Positions 18,934-28,726 of a stretch of 64,000 bases of DNA are shown here, piece by piece. Within the stretch, counting starts at the first letter, position 1. Each line of letters begins with the position of its first letter. The notes under the pieces were generated by a model. It was not told the origin of the DNA. It was given only the letters and a program-made list of their open reading frames with translations, and made no database searches. The DNA is from an uncultured Gammaproteobacteria bacterium (GTDB taxonomy: Bacteria; Patescibacteriota; Patescibacteriia; UBA9570): assembly GCA_964385285.1 (NCBI GenBank), contig CAYLOJ010000001.1, forward strand, positions 88,537-152,536. The letters are read 5' to 3'. The translations under genes and the position numbers were made by a program.

Positions 18934-19914
18934 ATGTTAAAACATCCTACATTATCTCAGTTTGTCTTAGAGCAGGAACGCGAATTCGGTGGATCTGGAG
19001 AATTTTCACAAATTTTGCTGGATATTGGAGTAGTCGGAAAAGTAATCTCTCATCAGGTCAATAAAGCAGGTTTAGTGGATATTCTCGGTGAGGCTGGAGT
19101 AGAGAACAGTTCTGGCGATACCGTTAAAAAACTCGATGTCCTCTCCAATGAACTATTTGTGAACTACCTATCTAGAGCAGGTCACTTTGCGGCACTGGCA
19201 TCTGAAGAAGAGACAGATATTGTGGTGGTGCCAGGCGCAGAGCAGGCCAAATATGTAATTGCCTTTGATCCCTTAGATGGTTCGTCTAATGTCGATTACA
19301 ATGTCTCGGTTGGTAGTATTTTTTCGGTGCATCGTCGCGTAACTGAACTGGGCACTCCTGCTACGATCGAGGATTTTCTACAAAAGGGTAAAGATCAAGT
19401 AGCGGCTGGATATATTTTATATGGCTCTAGCACAATGTTAGTGTATACAACGGGTCACAAAGTGCACGGATTCACCTTGGACCCAACCATTGGTGAATGG
19501 CTATTATCCCATGAAGATATCCAAATTCCTAAAACCTGTGATGTCTATTCCGCTAATGAAGCTTACATGCCGACTTGGTCCGAAGCAGCGCGCAAGTTTA
19601 TGGCTGATTTCAAAGCTAACAATCCAAAGGCCACTTCTCGCCATATTGGCTCCTTAGTAGCAGACCTCCATCGCAACTTATTGAAAGGTGGTTTGTACTT
19701 CCGTCCTTATGATAATAATGAAAAGCAATCCGCTAAGTTACGCTTGAACTACGAGCTAAAACCGTTAGCGATGATTGTAGAGCAAGCTGGTGGTTATACT
19801 ACAGCGGGCAAAGGTTCGATTCTCGATATCAAACCCGAAGCACTGCATTCTAAAAGCCCAATGGTGGCCGGCAATGCAGAGTTTGTGAAGCAATGGGAGA
19901 GTCTGCAATCCTAG
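18934..19914 (+). CDS. fbp: Fructose-1,6-bisphosphatase class 1
   Basis: FBPase class I blocks VDPLDGSSN-like (FDPLDGSSNVDYNVSVGSIF) and GKLRLNYE-like (AKLRLNYELKP). Confidence 0.85.
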   Translation: MLKHPTLSQFVLEQEREFGGSGEFSQILLDIGVVGKVISHQVNKAGLVDILGEAGVENSSGDTVKKLDVLSNELFVNYLSRAGHFAALASEEETDIVVVPGAEQAKYVIAFDPLDGSSNVDYNVSVGSIFSVHRRVTELGTPATIEDFLQKGKDQVAAGYILYGSSTMLVYTTGHKVHGFTLDPTIGEWLLSHEDIQIPKTCDVYSANEAYMPTWSEAARKFMADFKANNPKATSRHIGSLVADLHRNLLKGGLYFRPYDNNEKQSAKLRLNYELKPLAMIVEQAGGYTTAGKGSILDIKPEALHSKSPMVAGNAEFVKQWESLQS

Positions 19915-19939
19915 CCCTATAGAATCCTATGATCACAAA

Positions 19940-19961
19940 GCCCGGCGTCAGCCGGGTTTTT
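19940..19961 (+). terminator. Rho-independent terminator of fbp
   Basis: CCCGGC-gtca-GCCGGG followed by TTTTTT. Confidence 0.6.
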
Positions 19962-19987
19962 TGTCGATCACGGTATTGACAGCTGGC

Positions 19988-20395
19988 ATGAAAACATTTA
20001 TACAGTGTGCGCTTCCCACAAGCAAGGAGTGCCGGAAGAAGCTACTACTGATAGAAGACGAACCGCTGGTCGTCCGCGGTCTGAAGCGCTCACTCGAACG
20101 GGCTGGGTACGGTGTCCTCGTGGCAATGTCCCTGGCTGAAGCAAGAGAGCAGATTCAAGACCCCGACATCCGCTGGGTGTTGTGTGACACAAACCTCCCG
20201 GACGGCTCAGGGAATGAGCTGCACCATGAGTGGACTGTCACTGGACGGCTCAACAGCGAGACCCAGTTCATCGCCATGAGCGGTGACTGGATCTCCAATC
20301 ACAAAGCCGCGGCCTACTACCGGAGCACAGCCGTGCTCATGGTGGAAAAGCCGTTCCGCGACTTTAGAACGGAGGTGCTCAACAAGCTGAGCTAA
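19988..20395 (+). CDS. Stand-alone response-regulator receiver (CheY-like) domain protein, GC-rich
   Basis: REC domain with KKLLLIEDEP, the phospho-acceptor Asp in VLCDTNLPDGSG, and the conserved Lys in VEKPF. About 58% GC against ~45% in the flanks. The start is uncertain: the ORF track starts at 19961, and an AAGGAG lies inside the ORF. Confidence 0.55.
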   Translation: MKTFIQCALPTSKECRKKLLLIEDEPLVVRGLKRSLERAGYGVLVAMSLAEAREQIQDPDIRWVLCDTNLPDGSGNELHHEWTVTGRLNSETQFIAMSGDWISNHKAAAYYRSTAVLMVEKPFRDFRTEVLNKLS

Positions 20396-20462
20396 CCGGA
20401 GGAAGACGGGGCAGGGATCGTACACCACGATTCCTGCCTCGCTTCATTTTAATTAATCCAAT

Positions 20463-22226
20463 TTACCAAATAGCCTTAGTGCTGATATCAGTTTTAAGCT
20501 GCTCGACAAAAGCCGTTAGATCCACTGTGACAGTATCTTTACTGCCACGTTTTCGGACTGCCACTTGTTTAGCTTCAATTTCTTTATCGCCCACAACAAC
20601 TAAGTAAGGAACTTTTTCCGCGACGGCTTTGCGGATCTTATTGCCAACCGTTTCACTGGCCTCATCAATTTCTACGCGCACACCAGCGGCGTGTAACGCT
20701 GCCTTCACAGTTTTTGCATACTCAATATGAGTATCAGCTACCGGTAATAATTTCACTTGTACTGGAGCCAACCAAGTAGGGAAGTTACCAGCGAAGTGTT
20801 CAATAATGACACCCATGAACCGTTCAACAGAACCCATTACTGCGACGTGGATCATCACTGGGCGCTCTTCCTTGCCTTCTGCGGAAGTATAAGACAATGT
20901 AAAGCGTTCAGGCTGGTTCACGTCTAATTGAATCGTCGCTAACTGCCACTCACGACCAAGGGAGTCCACGGCCATATAATCGATTTTCGGACCATAAAAT
21001 GCCGCTTCACCTAGACCAATCACATACTCCAAGCCCTTGCTTTCCATCACGGAACGCAGTGCTTGTTCCGAAGCCTGCCAGGTTTCTTCCGTGCCAAGAT
21101 AGTTTTCCATATGAGCAGGATCATGTACCGAGAACCGTGGACGTAGTTCTAAACCAAATTTACTATAGAGTTCTGTAATAATATCCTGGGCTAATTCAGC
21201 TTCTTGTTGAATCTGATCTTTACGCGCAAACACATGAGAATCATCTTGTGTCAGTGAACGCACGCGCGTTAACCCCTGGATCTGACCAGTATTTTCATCA
21301 CGATAGTTGGTCGTAGTTTCAAAATAACGAATCGGGAGATCTTTGTAACTCCGCATTTGCGAAGCATAAATTTGCGTATGATGTGGACAGTTCATCGGCT
21401 TCATTACAAACGTGGCATCTGTTTTCTTACTGCTAACATGAAAGAGATCATCTTCAAATTTATCCCAGTGTCCCGAGGTCTTGTACAATTCAGCTTTAGC
21501 CATGTGGGGAATCCAAACGCGTTGAAAGCCACGTTGTTCGCGCAATTCACCAATGTAATTTTCTAACTCCCGACGAATCGTAGTACCTTTGGGTGTAAAT
21601 AATGGTAAACCAGCACCGACTAAATCTGAGAAGGTAAACAGATCAAGTTCTTTACCGAGTTTGCGATGATCGCGTTTTTTGGCTTCTTCAATTTGATGCA
21701 AGTACTGCTTGAGGACTTTAGGAGTAGGGAAGAGTAGACCGTAAATGCGCGTCATTTGCGGACGAGTACTGTCGGCCTGCCAATACGCACCGGCTAATTT
21801 AGATAGTTGCAAGCCAACGCTCTGGAGTTCCTGAGTATTATTAATGTGGCCACCTTCACATAAGTCAGTGAACGGTCCGGATTGATACAATGTCAAATCG
21901 CGACCATCTGCCGAAAACTTATCTATCAACTCTTGCTTAAAAGGCTGATCATGGAAGAACGCTTTGGCCTCAGCGGCCGTAACTGCTTTACGAACAAAAT
22001 CATGCTGACCAGCAATAATCTGTCGCATTTTCGCCTCGATCTTTTCTAGATCATCGGGCGTGATCGGTTGGGGTGGTAAGAGATCATAATAAAACCCGTT
22101 ATCGACCACTGGGCCAGTACCTAGTTGGGTGCCAGGAAATAATTCCAACACCGCTGCAGCCAACATGTGAGCAGCCGAGTGACGTAAACCATAAAGGGCA
22201 TCGTGTTCAGATTCAGCGGAAGCCAT
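20463..22226 (-). CDS. thrS: Threonyl-tRNA synthetase (lacking N-terminal TGS domain)
   Basis: Second-domain motif RHSAAHMLAAAV, class II catalytic core and a C-terminal anticodon-binding domain. 587 aa. Confidence 0.9.
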   Translation of the reverse strand: MASAESEHDALYGLRHSAAHMLAAAVLELFPGTQLGTGPVVDNGFYYDLLPPQPITPDDLEKIEAKMRQIIAGQHDFVRKAVTAAEAKAFFHDQPFKQELIDKFSADGRDLTLYQSGPFTDLCEGGHINNTQELQSVGLQLSKLAGAYWQADSTRPQMTRIYGLLFPTPKVLKQYLHQIEEAKKRDHRKLGKELDLFTFSDLVGAGLPLFTPKGTTIRRELENYIGELREQRGFQRVWIPHMAKAELYKTSGHWDKFEDDLFHVSSKKTDATFVMKPMNCPHHTQIYASQMRSYKDLPIRYFETTTNYRDENTGQIQGLTRVRSLTQDDSHVFARKDQIQQEAELAQDIITELYSKFGLELRPRFSVHDPAHMENYLGTEETWQASEQALRSVMESKGLEYVIGLGEAAFYGPKIDYMAVDSLGREWQLATIQLDVNQPERFTLSYTSAEGKEERPVMIHVAVMGSVERFMGVIIEHFAGNFPTWLAPVQVKLLPVADTHIEYAKTVKAALHAAGVRVEIDEASETVGNKIRKAVAEKVPYLVVVGDKEIEAKQVAVRKRGSKDTVTVDLTAFVEQLKTDISTKAIW

Positions 22227-22233
22227 AGTGTTT

Positions 22234-23298
22234 CTACTTTGAGATAATTAATTTAATTTGCTGAGGTAATTTTGGCGTACGCTCCATCCAGAACGGAACG
22301 AATCGCACCGAGACGCTGGACACTTGTTCAAAATCGGCCAGATACTCTTTCACCTGCTGTTCAGTTTTGCCGGTTAGATCAGCCACATCCACAAAATCTA
22401 GCGATTGTTCAACGGCGGTAGTCTCGGCTTCGCCAGAGATGATCCAATCTGTCCCATCGGTGGTGAGAGTGTAGGTGATCGCACCATCGGTGACAGGCTC
22501 ATCTGCTGCTTGCAACTGCGTGCGAATAGTTTCAGGATCAACCGGTAGGTAAGTGGCCACCCCTTTGGTCTGTACAGTAATGGCTTCAACCAAACTACCC
22601 ACTTGGCCTGCAACAGTTTGCTCGGTAATCTCCATTTGCCAATTGGCTGAATCAAAATCCGCAGTTTGGACTGTTTGGTTTACAGTGGCTTTTGCTGCCG
22701 TCTCTGCTTCGATTCGTGCCGCTTCTTCTGCTGCAGTAACGAGATCATCTGTTAAAGTCACTTTCTTAATCAACCCGCCAGTCATTGCCTCTGTACTTTC
22801 ACCATAGATCTTATCTTTTAAACTATCGGCTAACGCCACAATTTCGAATTTACTAGCGGCAATATTTCCCACAGCACCTGCTTGATCTGCATAGACAGGC
22901 ACATCAATTGTGCCGCCTGCAGGAACAGTTACCGTTTCATCCGTACGGAAGAGCACGCCCCCATCAGATAGTAAACGCGTAGTGCGGACTAATGGTTGAT
23001 CGCCACTATACGTATTCACCAGTGTTATTGTACCTCTGGCTACTGCATCTTCTGAACTATCCGCTGCATAATCTGTAAATGTATAGGTGGTATCAATCGA
23101 CACAACGACCGGTTCAACACCCAAGTCGGCTGCGCTGTACTGAAAATTAGTAGTCGCTGGAAGGTCATGTAAAGTAATGGCGATAGTAGTTTTACTGAAA
23201 GCCACATAAAGGACTGCGCCAACTAATACTACGACGATCGCGATGAAGGCGATTAAGAGGGGTGAAAAATAACGCTGTAGGCGCTGGGTTTGATTCAT
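22234..23298 (-). CDS. Membrane-anchored hypothetical protein
   Basis: Single N-terminal transmembrane helix (LLIAFIAIVVVLVGAVLYVAF), then an extracytoplasmic Thr/Ala/Val-rich domain. Tightly packed between dnaE and thrS. Confidence 0.4.
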   Translation of the reverse strand: MNQTQRLQRYFSPLLIAFIAIVVVLVGAVLYVAFSKTTIAITLHDLPATTNFQYSAADLGVEPVVVSIDTTYTFTDYAADSSEDAVARGTITLVNTYSGDQPLVRTTRLLSDGGVLFRTDETVTVPAGGTIDVPVYADQAGAVGNIAASKFEIVALADSLKDKIYGESTEAMTGGLIKKVTLTDDLVTAAEEAARIEAETAAKATVNQTVQTADFDSANWQMEITEQTVAGQVGSLVEAITVQTKGVATYLPVDPETIRTQLQAADEPVTDGAITYTLTTDGTDWIISGEAETTAVEQSLDFVDVADLTGKTEQQVKEYLADFEQVSSVSVRFVPFWMERTPKLPQQIKLIISK

Positions 23299-23306
23299 GC
23301 GGGCTA

Positions 23307-26300
23307 TTATACCAAAATCACACGTTCTTGGCCAAACAATCCGACCAAGTTGGGAACGGCACCGGGTGCCACTAAACTTTGGGTTTTTAATAGTTTTTCT
23401 TTGGCTAAGACATAAAGTGGCAGGTCACCAGGAAATTGCTCCACGACCTGTTTCATTTGCGCTAAGTCCGCTGGCTTAGTTTCGGCACTCAAATGCACAA
23501 ATACGAACTGATCAGGCCATGGCATCACTTCTTCAGCAATCAGCTTAATCTCTCCGTCCCGCTTACTGGTTTTCCCTTTCACCGACACGCATTGGCCATC
23601 GCTTAAGACGGTTTTAAGCGTTTGCAAAGTTCTCGCAAACAGCACTACCTCCATCTGATCAGTGGCGTCACCCAGCTGAAAAAACTGCATCACATCTCCC
23701 GATTTTGTGTAGACTCGCTTCAGTTGCTGGACCAAGCCTAATATCTGTACTGGACTATTACTACGTAGCGCTTTGGCCGCTTCAATCGACTGCATATTTG
23801 GCAGTTGTAATTTATGCATCTTCGTCAGCGGATGCTCGGAAACGTATAATCCTAACAAGGTGCGTTCCCATTCCAGTTGGGTACGCCGCGGAATCGGTAA
23901 TGCGGAAACCATATGTAATTTGGGAGCGGGTAGCATCCCTCCGCCAAACAAATTTGCTTGGCCAGATTGTTTTTCTTGTTGTGTCGTCTTGTTGTACTGC
24001 AACAGCGTTTCCATATTGGCCAGGAGTACATTGGATTCACCAAACTGTGCCATGGCACCGCACATAATTAGGCTTTCTAACGATTTTTTATTCAGATCAC
24101 GGTGTTGAATGCGCTGCAAAAAGTCTTCCATGTCTTTAAACGGTCCGTTGGCTTTGCGCTCTGTAATCACTGTAGTCACTAAATTCTGACCAACATTTTT
24201 GACAGCCGCTAATCCAAATCGAATTCGTGGCTTATCGTCTAAGGATTCACGCACCACGGTAAATGTAGAGTAACTTTCGTTAATATCGGGTGGCATCACA
24301 TCAATACCCATCATGCGAGCCTCGTGCACCTCAATGGCAATGCGATCAGAATCATCGCGGTCTGAGGTTAATAAACTTGCCATGAACTGGGCAGGATAGT
24401 TGGCTTTTAAATAGGCCGTTTGATAGGCAATTAAGGCGTACCCGGTAGAATGTGACTTGTTAAACCCATAATGCGCAAATGGCTCAATAAATTCCCAGAG
24501 CTGCTCTGCAATTCTGCGCGAGACCTGATTGCGGATACAGCCCTGAATAAACTTTTCCTTTTGTTCGTCCAACAAGCGTTGAATTTTTTTAGCTACCGCC
24601 TTAATTAATAGATAGCCTTCACCTGCAGTGAAGCCAGCGATATCACGCGCCATCGCCATCACTTGTTCTTGATATACTAAAATTCCATAGGTCTTCTCCA
24701 GAATGGGTTGCAGATTAGGTAGTAGGTAAGTCACTGTCCGTTTTTTGTGTTTACCAGCAATGTAATCCGGAATCCGCTCCATAGGACCAGGGCGATACAA
24801 CGCCACCATGGCGATGATATCATCAAACTCAGTTGGCTTCAGCTCTCGCAAATACCGTTTCATCCCCGCGCTTTCTAATTGGAAGATACCAGTCGTTTGG
24901 GCCTTCTGCAGTAGTCGGTAGGTTTTTTTATCGGTTAATGGCAAATGATCAATATCCACCACTTCGCCCGTTGTCTTGGAAATTAATTCTAAAGTTTGTT
25001 CGATGATCGTTAAGTTTTTCAGTCCCAAGAAGTCCATCTTCAATAACCCTAGCCGCTCGATCGGATGTAATGAATACTGAGTGACAATGTCGTTCTCACC
25101 GGTAGACGAATATTGTACCGGCGTATAATGCTGCAGCGGTTCTTTCGTAATCACCACGCCACACGCATGCGTGGAAGTATGTCGAACCACCCCTTCTAAT
25201 TTCAATGCAGCATCCAACAACCGAGTGGCATCGGCGTCAGAGTTATACAGTTGCTTTAATTCGGGCACGGTATCCAATGCTTCTTGCAAACTGGTGAACA
25301 TCGGAATCAATTTTGCGATCATATCACAAAATCCGTACGTTAAACCGAGAGCCCGTCCCACATCACGCACGGCAGCGCGCGCTGCCATTGTTCCGAAGGT
25401 AATGATTTGCGCCACGTGATCTTTGCCATATTTAGATTCCACATAGCGAATAACCTCGGCACGTCTGGTATCGGCAAAATCTAAATCAATATCCGGCATA
25501 CTGACACGCTCCGGGTTCAAAAACCGTTCGAATAGAAGATCGTATCTCAGCGGATCAATACCAGTAATGCCGGCGAGATAGGCCACAATACTACCAGCCG
25601 CACTGCCGCGCCCGGGGCCAACCACAATTTTTTGTTGCCGCGCCCAATTCACGAAATCTTGGACGATTAAAAAGTAGGAGGCGTAACCCGTTTTTCGAAT
25701 CACCTCAAGTTCGTAATCCAAACGCTCAATCGCTGCTGCATGTTGTTCTACTGGATAATGCGCCGATAAATTACTTAGACACAATTCACGTAACGCTTCA
25801 TTATCTGTTCTGCCCTCAGGTAGGGCATAGTAGGGTAACTGAATCACTCCCAATGGAATCTCTACATTGCACCTTTCAGCGATGCGTTGCGTGTTGGCTA
25901 TGGCTTCCGGCAGGTCGGCAAATAAGTGTTCAAGTTCAGCAGCTGTCCCCATGGAAAAATCATCATGGCGCATCGATAAGCGGTCTGTATCGGACACAGA
26001 TTTTTTAGTTTGGATGCAGACAAGAATATCCTGCGCTTCTGCATCTTGAGGTTGCAAATAATGAGTATCGGCAGTAGCTACAAGTGGGGCAGCGGTTTGC
26101 GCAGCTAAACGAATCAAAGCTGCATTAACAGTTTGCTGTTCAGGTGTATTCGCGTGCCGCTGAATCTCCAAGAAAAAACTCTGATCGCCAAAAATTTTCT
26201 GGTAACGCTTAATCATCTCTACGGCATGAGCATCATCTTGTTGCAGAATCGATCGTGAGATAGGACCGCTTAAGCAAGCTGATAAAGCAATTAAGCCCTC

Positions 26301-26684
26301 ATGATGTTGCTCGAGTAAATCTAAATCCACTCGCGGTTTATAGTAGTAGCCGTTTAAGTTGGCCTCACTAATTAATTTAATTAAGTTGTAATAGCCTTGT
26401 AAGGTTTCAGCCAACAAAATTAAATGGTATGGTCGGTCATCTTGCCGCGGCTGACGATCAAAGCGACTACGCTGTGCTACATACACCTCGGCACCGATAA
26501 TCGGTTGGATCCCAGCGGCTTTACAGGCTTCAAAAAATTCAATGGCACCATATAACACACCATGGTCAGTCAACGCTAAATGCGTGAACCCCTGTTGCTT
26601 AGCATGATCAACCAACTGATCGATCTTAGGTAAGCCATCGAGCAGTGAATAGTGACTGTGAACGTGTAGGTGAGTGAAAGCCAT
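23307..26684 (-). CDS. dnaE: DNA polymerase III alpha subunit
   Basis: PHP domain start MAFTHLHVHSHYSLLDG, polymerase core, and an OB-fold at the C-terminus. Start set at MAFTH; the ORF track extends 23 codons upstream. Confidence 0.9.
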   Translation of the reverse strand: MAFTHLHVHSHYSLLDGLPKIDQLVDHAKQQGFTHLALTDHGVLYGAIEFFEACKAAGIQPIIGAEVYVAQRSRFDRQPRQDDRPYHLILLAETLQGYYNLIKLISEANLNGYYYKPRVDLDLLEQHHEGLIALSACLSGPISRSILQQDDAHAVEMIKRYQKIFGDQSFFLEIQRHANTPEQQTVNAALIRLAAQTAAPLVATADTHYLQPQDAEAQDILVCIQTKKSVSDTDRLSMRHDDFSMGTAAELEHLFADLPEAIANTQRIAERCNVEIPLGVIQLPYYALPEGRTDNEALRELCLSNLSAHYPVEQHAAAIERLDYELEVIRKTGYASYFLIVQDFVNWARQQKIVVGPGRGSAAGSIVAYLAGITGIDPLRYDLLFERFLNPERVSMPDIDLDFADTRRAEVIRYVESKYGKDHVAQIITFGTMAARAAVRDVGRALGLTYGFCDMIAKLIPMFTSLQEALDTVPELKQLYNSDADATRLLDAALKLEGVVRHTSTHACGVVITKEPLQHYTPVQYSSTGENDIVTQYSLHPIERLGLLKMDFLGLKNLTIIEQTLELISKTTGEVVDIDHLPLTDKKTYRLLQKAQTTGIFQLESAGMKRYLRELKPTEFDDIIAMVALYRPGPMERIPDYIAGKHKKRTVTYLLPNLQPILEKTYGILVYQEQVMAMARDIAGFTAGEGYLLIKAVAKKIQRLLDEQKEKFIQGCIRNQVSRRIAEQLWEFIEPFAHYGFNKSHSTGYALIAYQTAYLKANYPAQFMASLLTSDRDDSDRIAIEVHEARMMGIDVMPPDINESYSTFTVVRESLDDKPRIRFGLAAVKNVGQNLVTTVITERKANGPFKDMEDFLQRIQHRDLNKKSLESLIMCGAMAQFGESNVLLANMETLLQYNKTTQQEKQSGQANLFGGGMLPAPKLHMVSALPIPRRTQLEWERTLLGLYVSEHPLTKMHKLQLPNMQSIEAAKALRSNSPVQILGLVQQLKRVYTKSGDVMQFFQLGDATDQMEVVLFARTLQTLKTVLSDGQCVSVKGKTSKRDGEIKLIAEEVMPWPDQFVFVHLSAETKPADLAQMKQVVEQFPGDLPLYVLAKEKLLKTQSLVAPGAVPNLVGLFGQERVILV

Positions 26685-26721
26685 AATGGATGTGGCAGCA
26701 TTATAACAACTGTGATATAGT

Positions 26722-27264
26722 ATGGCTAATATGCCTACAAAACACACATCCAAATCAATCTCTAAATCCTCCTCTATGGCAAATACGATGCCGCTGCGTC
26801 AACCGCGCACCCCGCGTAACTGGCCGCACATGATGGCCCAACTGGCTTATCTGTGTGCCGGACTCGCTATCATTCTGGTCTTTGTTCAGATGAACTTATA
26901 TTGTCTCCGGTACAATCGCGTCTATGATTCGAATGTAGTCACTGCGGTCATGATGAGTAATGGACAGACCTACTTTGGACGCTTAGAAAAATTTGGTCCA
27001 CATACGCTTGTGTTATTTGATGTGTACTACTTGCAAGTTAACGACGCAGAAGCGACCACAGACGACACCACTGAAACAAGTGATTTAACGGATGCTGCTA
27101 ATGAATCCAATATCAAATTAGTGAAGTTGAGTCAGGATTTCTATCAACCAAATGATTACTTGATTATCAATCGTGATCAAGTTTTGTACTGGCAACAACT
27201 AAATGCTAGCTCTCCCATTATTGAGGCTATGCAGCAGTATCAAGACCAAGCCAAGACTGAATAG
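26722..27264 (+). CDS. Hypothetical membrane protein
   Basis: One transmembrane helix (LAYLCAGLAIILVFVQ). No motifs. The true start may be an internal Met at 26776 or 26830. Confidence 0.3.
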   Translation: MANMPTKHTSKSISKSSSMANTMPLRQPRTPRNWPHMMAQLAYLCAGLAIILVFVQMNLYCLRYNRVYDSNVVTAVMMSNGQTYFGRLEKFGPHTLVLFDVYYLQVNDAEATTDDTTETSDLTDAANESNIKLVKLSQDFYQPNDYLIINRDQVLYWQQLNASSPIIEAMQQYQDQAKTE

Positions 27265-27293
27265 GAATAGGTAAACCATTGATCTAAACGAAC

Positions 27294-27329
27294 AGTAGAG
27301 TCGCATTATAATGCGACTCTACTTGTTTT
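27294..27329. terminator. Bidirectional terminator hairpin between convergent genes
   Basis: AGTAGAGTCGCAT-tata-ATGCGACTCTACT, a 13-bp stem. A T-run follows on the + strand (TGTTTTC) and an A-run precedes it. Confidence 0.55.
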
Positions 27330-27365
27330 CGGATTTAATGTTGTATTTGAACTACCCTCTGAAGA

Positions 27366-27680
27366 TTAATCTTCATCGTCGGCAGCGCGGCGTTTGGAGG
27401 AACGCTTGCCCTTGCCGGTAAAGCTACGTACTAGGTCAAGGATGGTGGTGATTTGTGTACTAACAGTCGAAAGTGAATCCACGGAATCTTGTACCTTGGA
27501 CTTAATGACTTTCATACTTGCGTCTAATTCCTCTAACTTACCACGAAAATCTGTGATCATCTCGTTGCTTTGTCGGGTAATCTGGACAATATAATACATG
27601 ATCCAAACCAAGAAGACGGTAAACAATGCGATAGAGGCTGCAACCGTGATGTAGAGGATGTCCTGCGAAGTAGAGAACAT
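27366..27680 (-). CDS. Small membrane protein (DUF948/YtxG-like topology)
   Basis: 104 aa with an N-terminal transmembrane helix followed by a coiled-coil segment and an acidic tail. Family assignment is tentative. Confidence 0.35.
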   Translation of the reverse strand: MFSTSQDILYITVAASIALFTVFLVWIMYYIVQITRQSNEMITDFRGKLEELDASMKVIKSKVQDSVDSLSTVSTQITTILDLVRSFTGKGKRSSKRRAADDED

Positions 27681-27750
27681 AGTGGGTTTTTATTTTAACG
27701 ATTTAAAAATGAAGTTGACTTTAGTATAACACACCTTTAGACTAGATTCT

Positions 27751-28725
27751 ATGGATGACTTCAACCAGGGCCTACAAGGAAAAGATTTGCAGCGCGCCTA
27801 CTGGTATAACACGCACCAATCCCAAGTACGACGGGTCGCTTATGGTATTGCCATTGGTATCGTCGGAGTAATCTGGTTAATTAACGCAGTCATCTTTATT
27901 CGGTACCTAATGAATCGAGGCGCCACCCAACGTGCGGTTGAGGATTTGGCAAATACACAAGTCATTTATGATTCCATCCAGGCACCCGTTGATCTGATCG
28001 TGGATAGTGTTGATGCCGTCAGTCATACCGCAGACACGGTTGATGCATTCGCTATTGTTAGTAATCCCAATCGGTATCACGTGGCGCACTTTGATTACGT
28101 CATGTCTGTGAACGGGGCGAACTACAGTTTCAGCGACGGAGTGATTATGCCGAATAGTAAAAGTTATCTAGTCGTCTCTGCCTTGGCCGGAACTGCTACC
28201 AGCCCTGCTGATCTCACCATCTCGAATGTCACTTGGGAGCGCGTCCGTGGGCCAGAAATTAAAACCCAATTCTTGACTAAAGATCTACTGGTACAACGCA
28301 GTAATCTTAACTCTGAAACCACTCATACGAATACAGGCACCCTACAAAATGGTAATACCAATAGTAATGTCAACAGTGCCAATACTAATGCGAATAATGA
28401 TAATACTAATTTTGTTACTCCCGATGCGCTCAACACGAATACCACAACCGAACCGAGCGGCGCGACCATCACCCAATTAGGTGGACTACTTACCAACGCC
28501 AGTGCGTATGGTTTTCGTCGCGTGGCCGTCACTGCGATACTCAAAAGTGCTTCCGGCACAGTACTCGGAGTGCAGCAACAAGTCTTTACCAATATGGGAT
28601 CATTCAGTGATTACAATTTGGTCTTTAATTGGCAACGTCAATTCGATTTTAATGTAGCACCAGAGATTGTGGTGGAAACGAATATTTGGGATGACGCCAA
28701 TTTGATTCTACCAGGCCAAGACTAA
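27751..28725 (+). CDS. Hypothetical membrane protein with Asn/Thr-rich low-complexity insert
   Basis: Transmembrane helix VAYGIAIGIVGVIWLINAVIFI. Low-complexity NTGTLQNGNTNSNVNSANTNANNDNTNF at about 28320-28440. Confidence 0.35.
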   Translation: MDDFNQGLQGKDLQRAYWYNTHQSQVRRVAYGIAIGIVGVIWLINAVIFIRYLMNRGATQRAVEDLANTQVIYDSIQAPVDLIVDSVDAVSHTADTVDAFAIVSNPNRYHVAHFDYVMSVNGANYSFSDGVIMPNSKSYLVVSALAGTATSPADLTISNVTWERVRGPEIKTQFLTKDLLVQRSNLNSETTHTNTGTLQNGNTNSNVNSANTNANNDNTNFVTPDALNTNTTTEPSGATITQLGGLLTNASAYGFRRVAVTAILKSASGTVLGVQQQVFTNMGSFSDYNLVFNWQRQFDFNVAPEIVVETNIWDDANLILPGQD

Positions 28726-28726
28726 T

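Noticed and set aside
23307-26753. 23-codon N-terminal extension of dnaE (MDVCFVGILAILYHSCYNAATSI)
   Set aside because: DnaE PHP domains start at M-x-F-x-HLH. The extension is hydrophobic junk overlapping the divergent gene, so the start was set at 26684.
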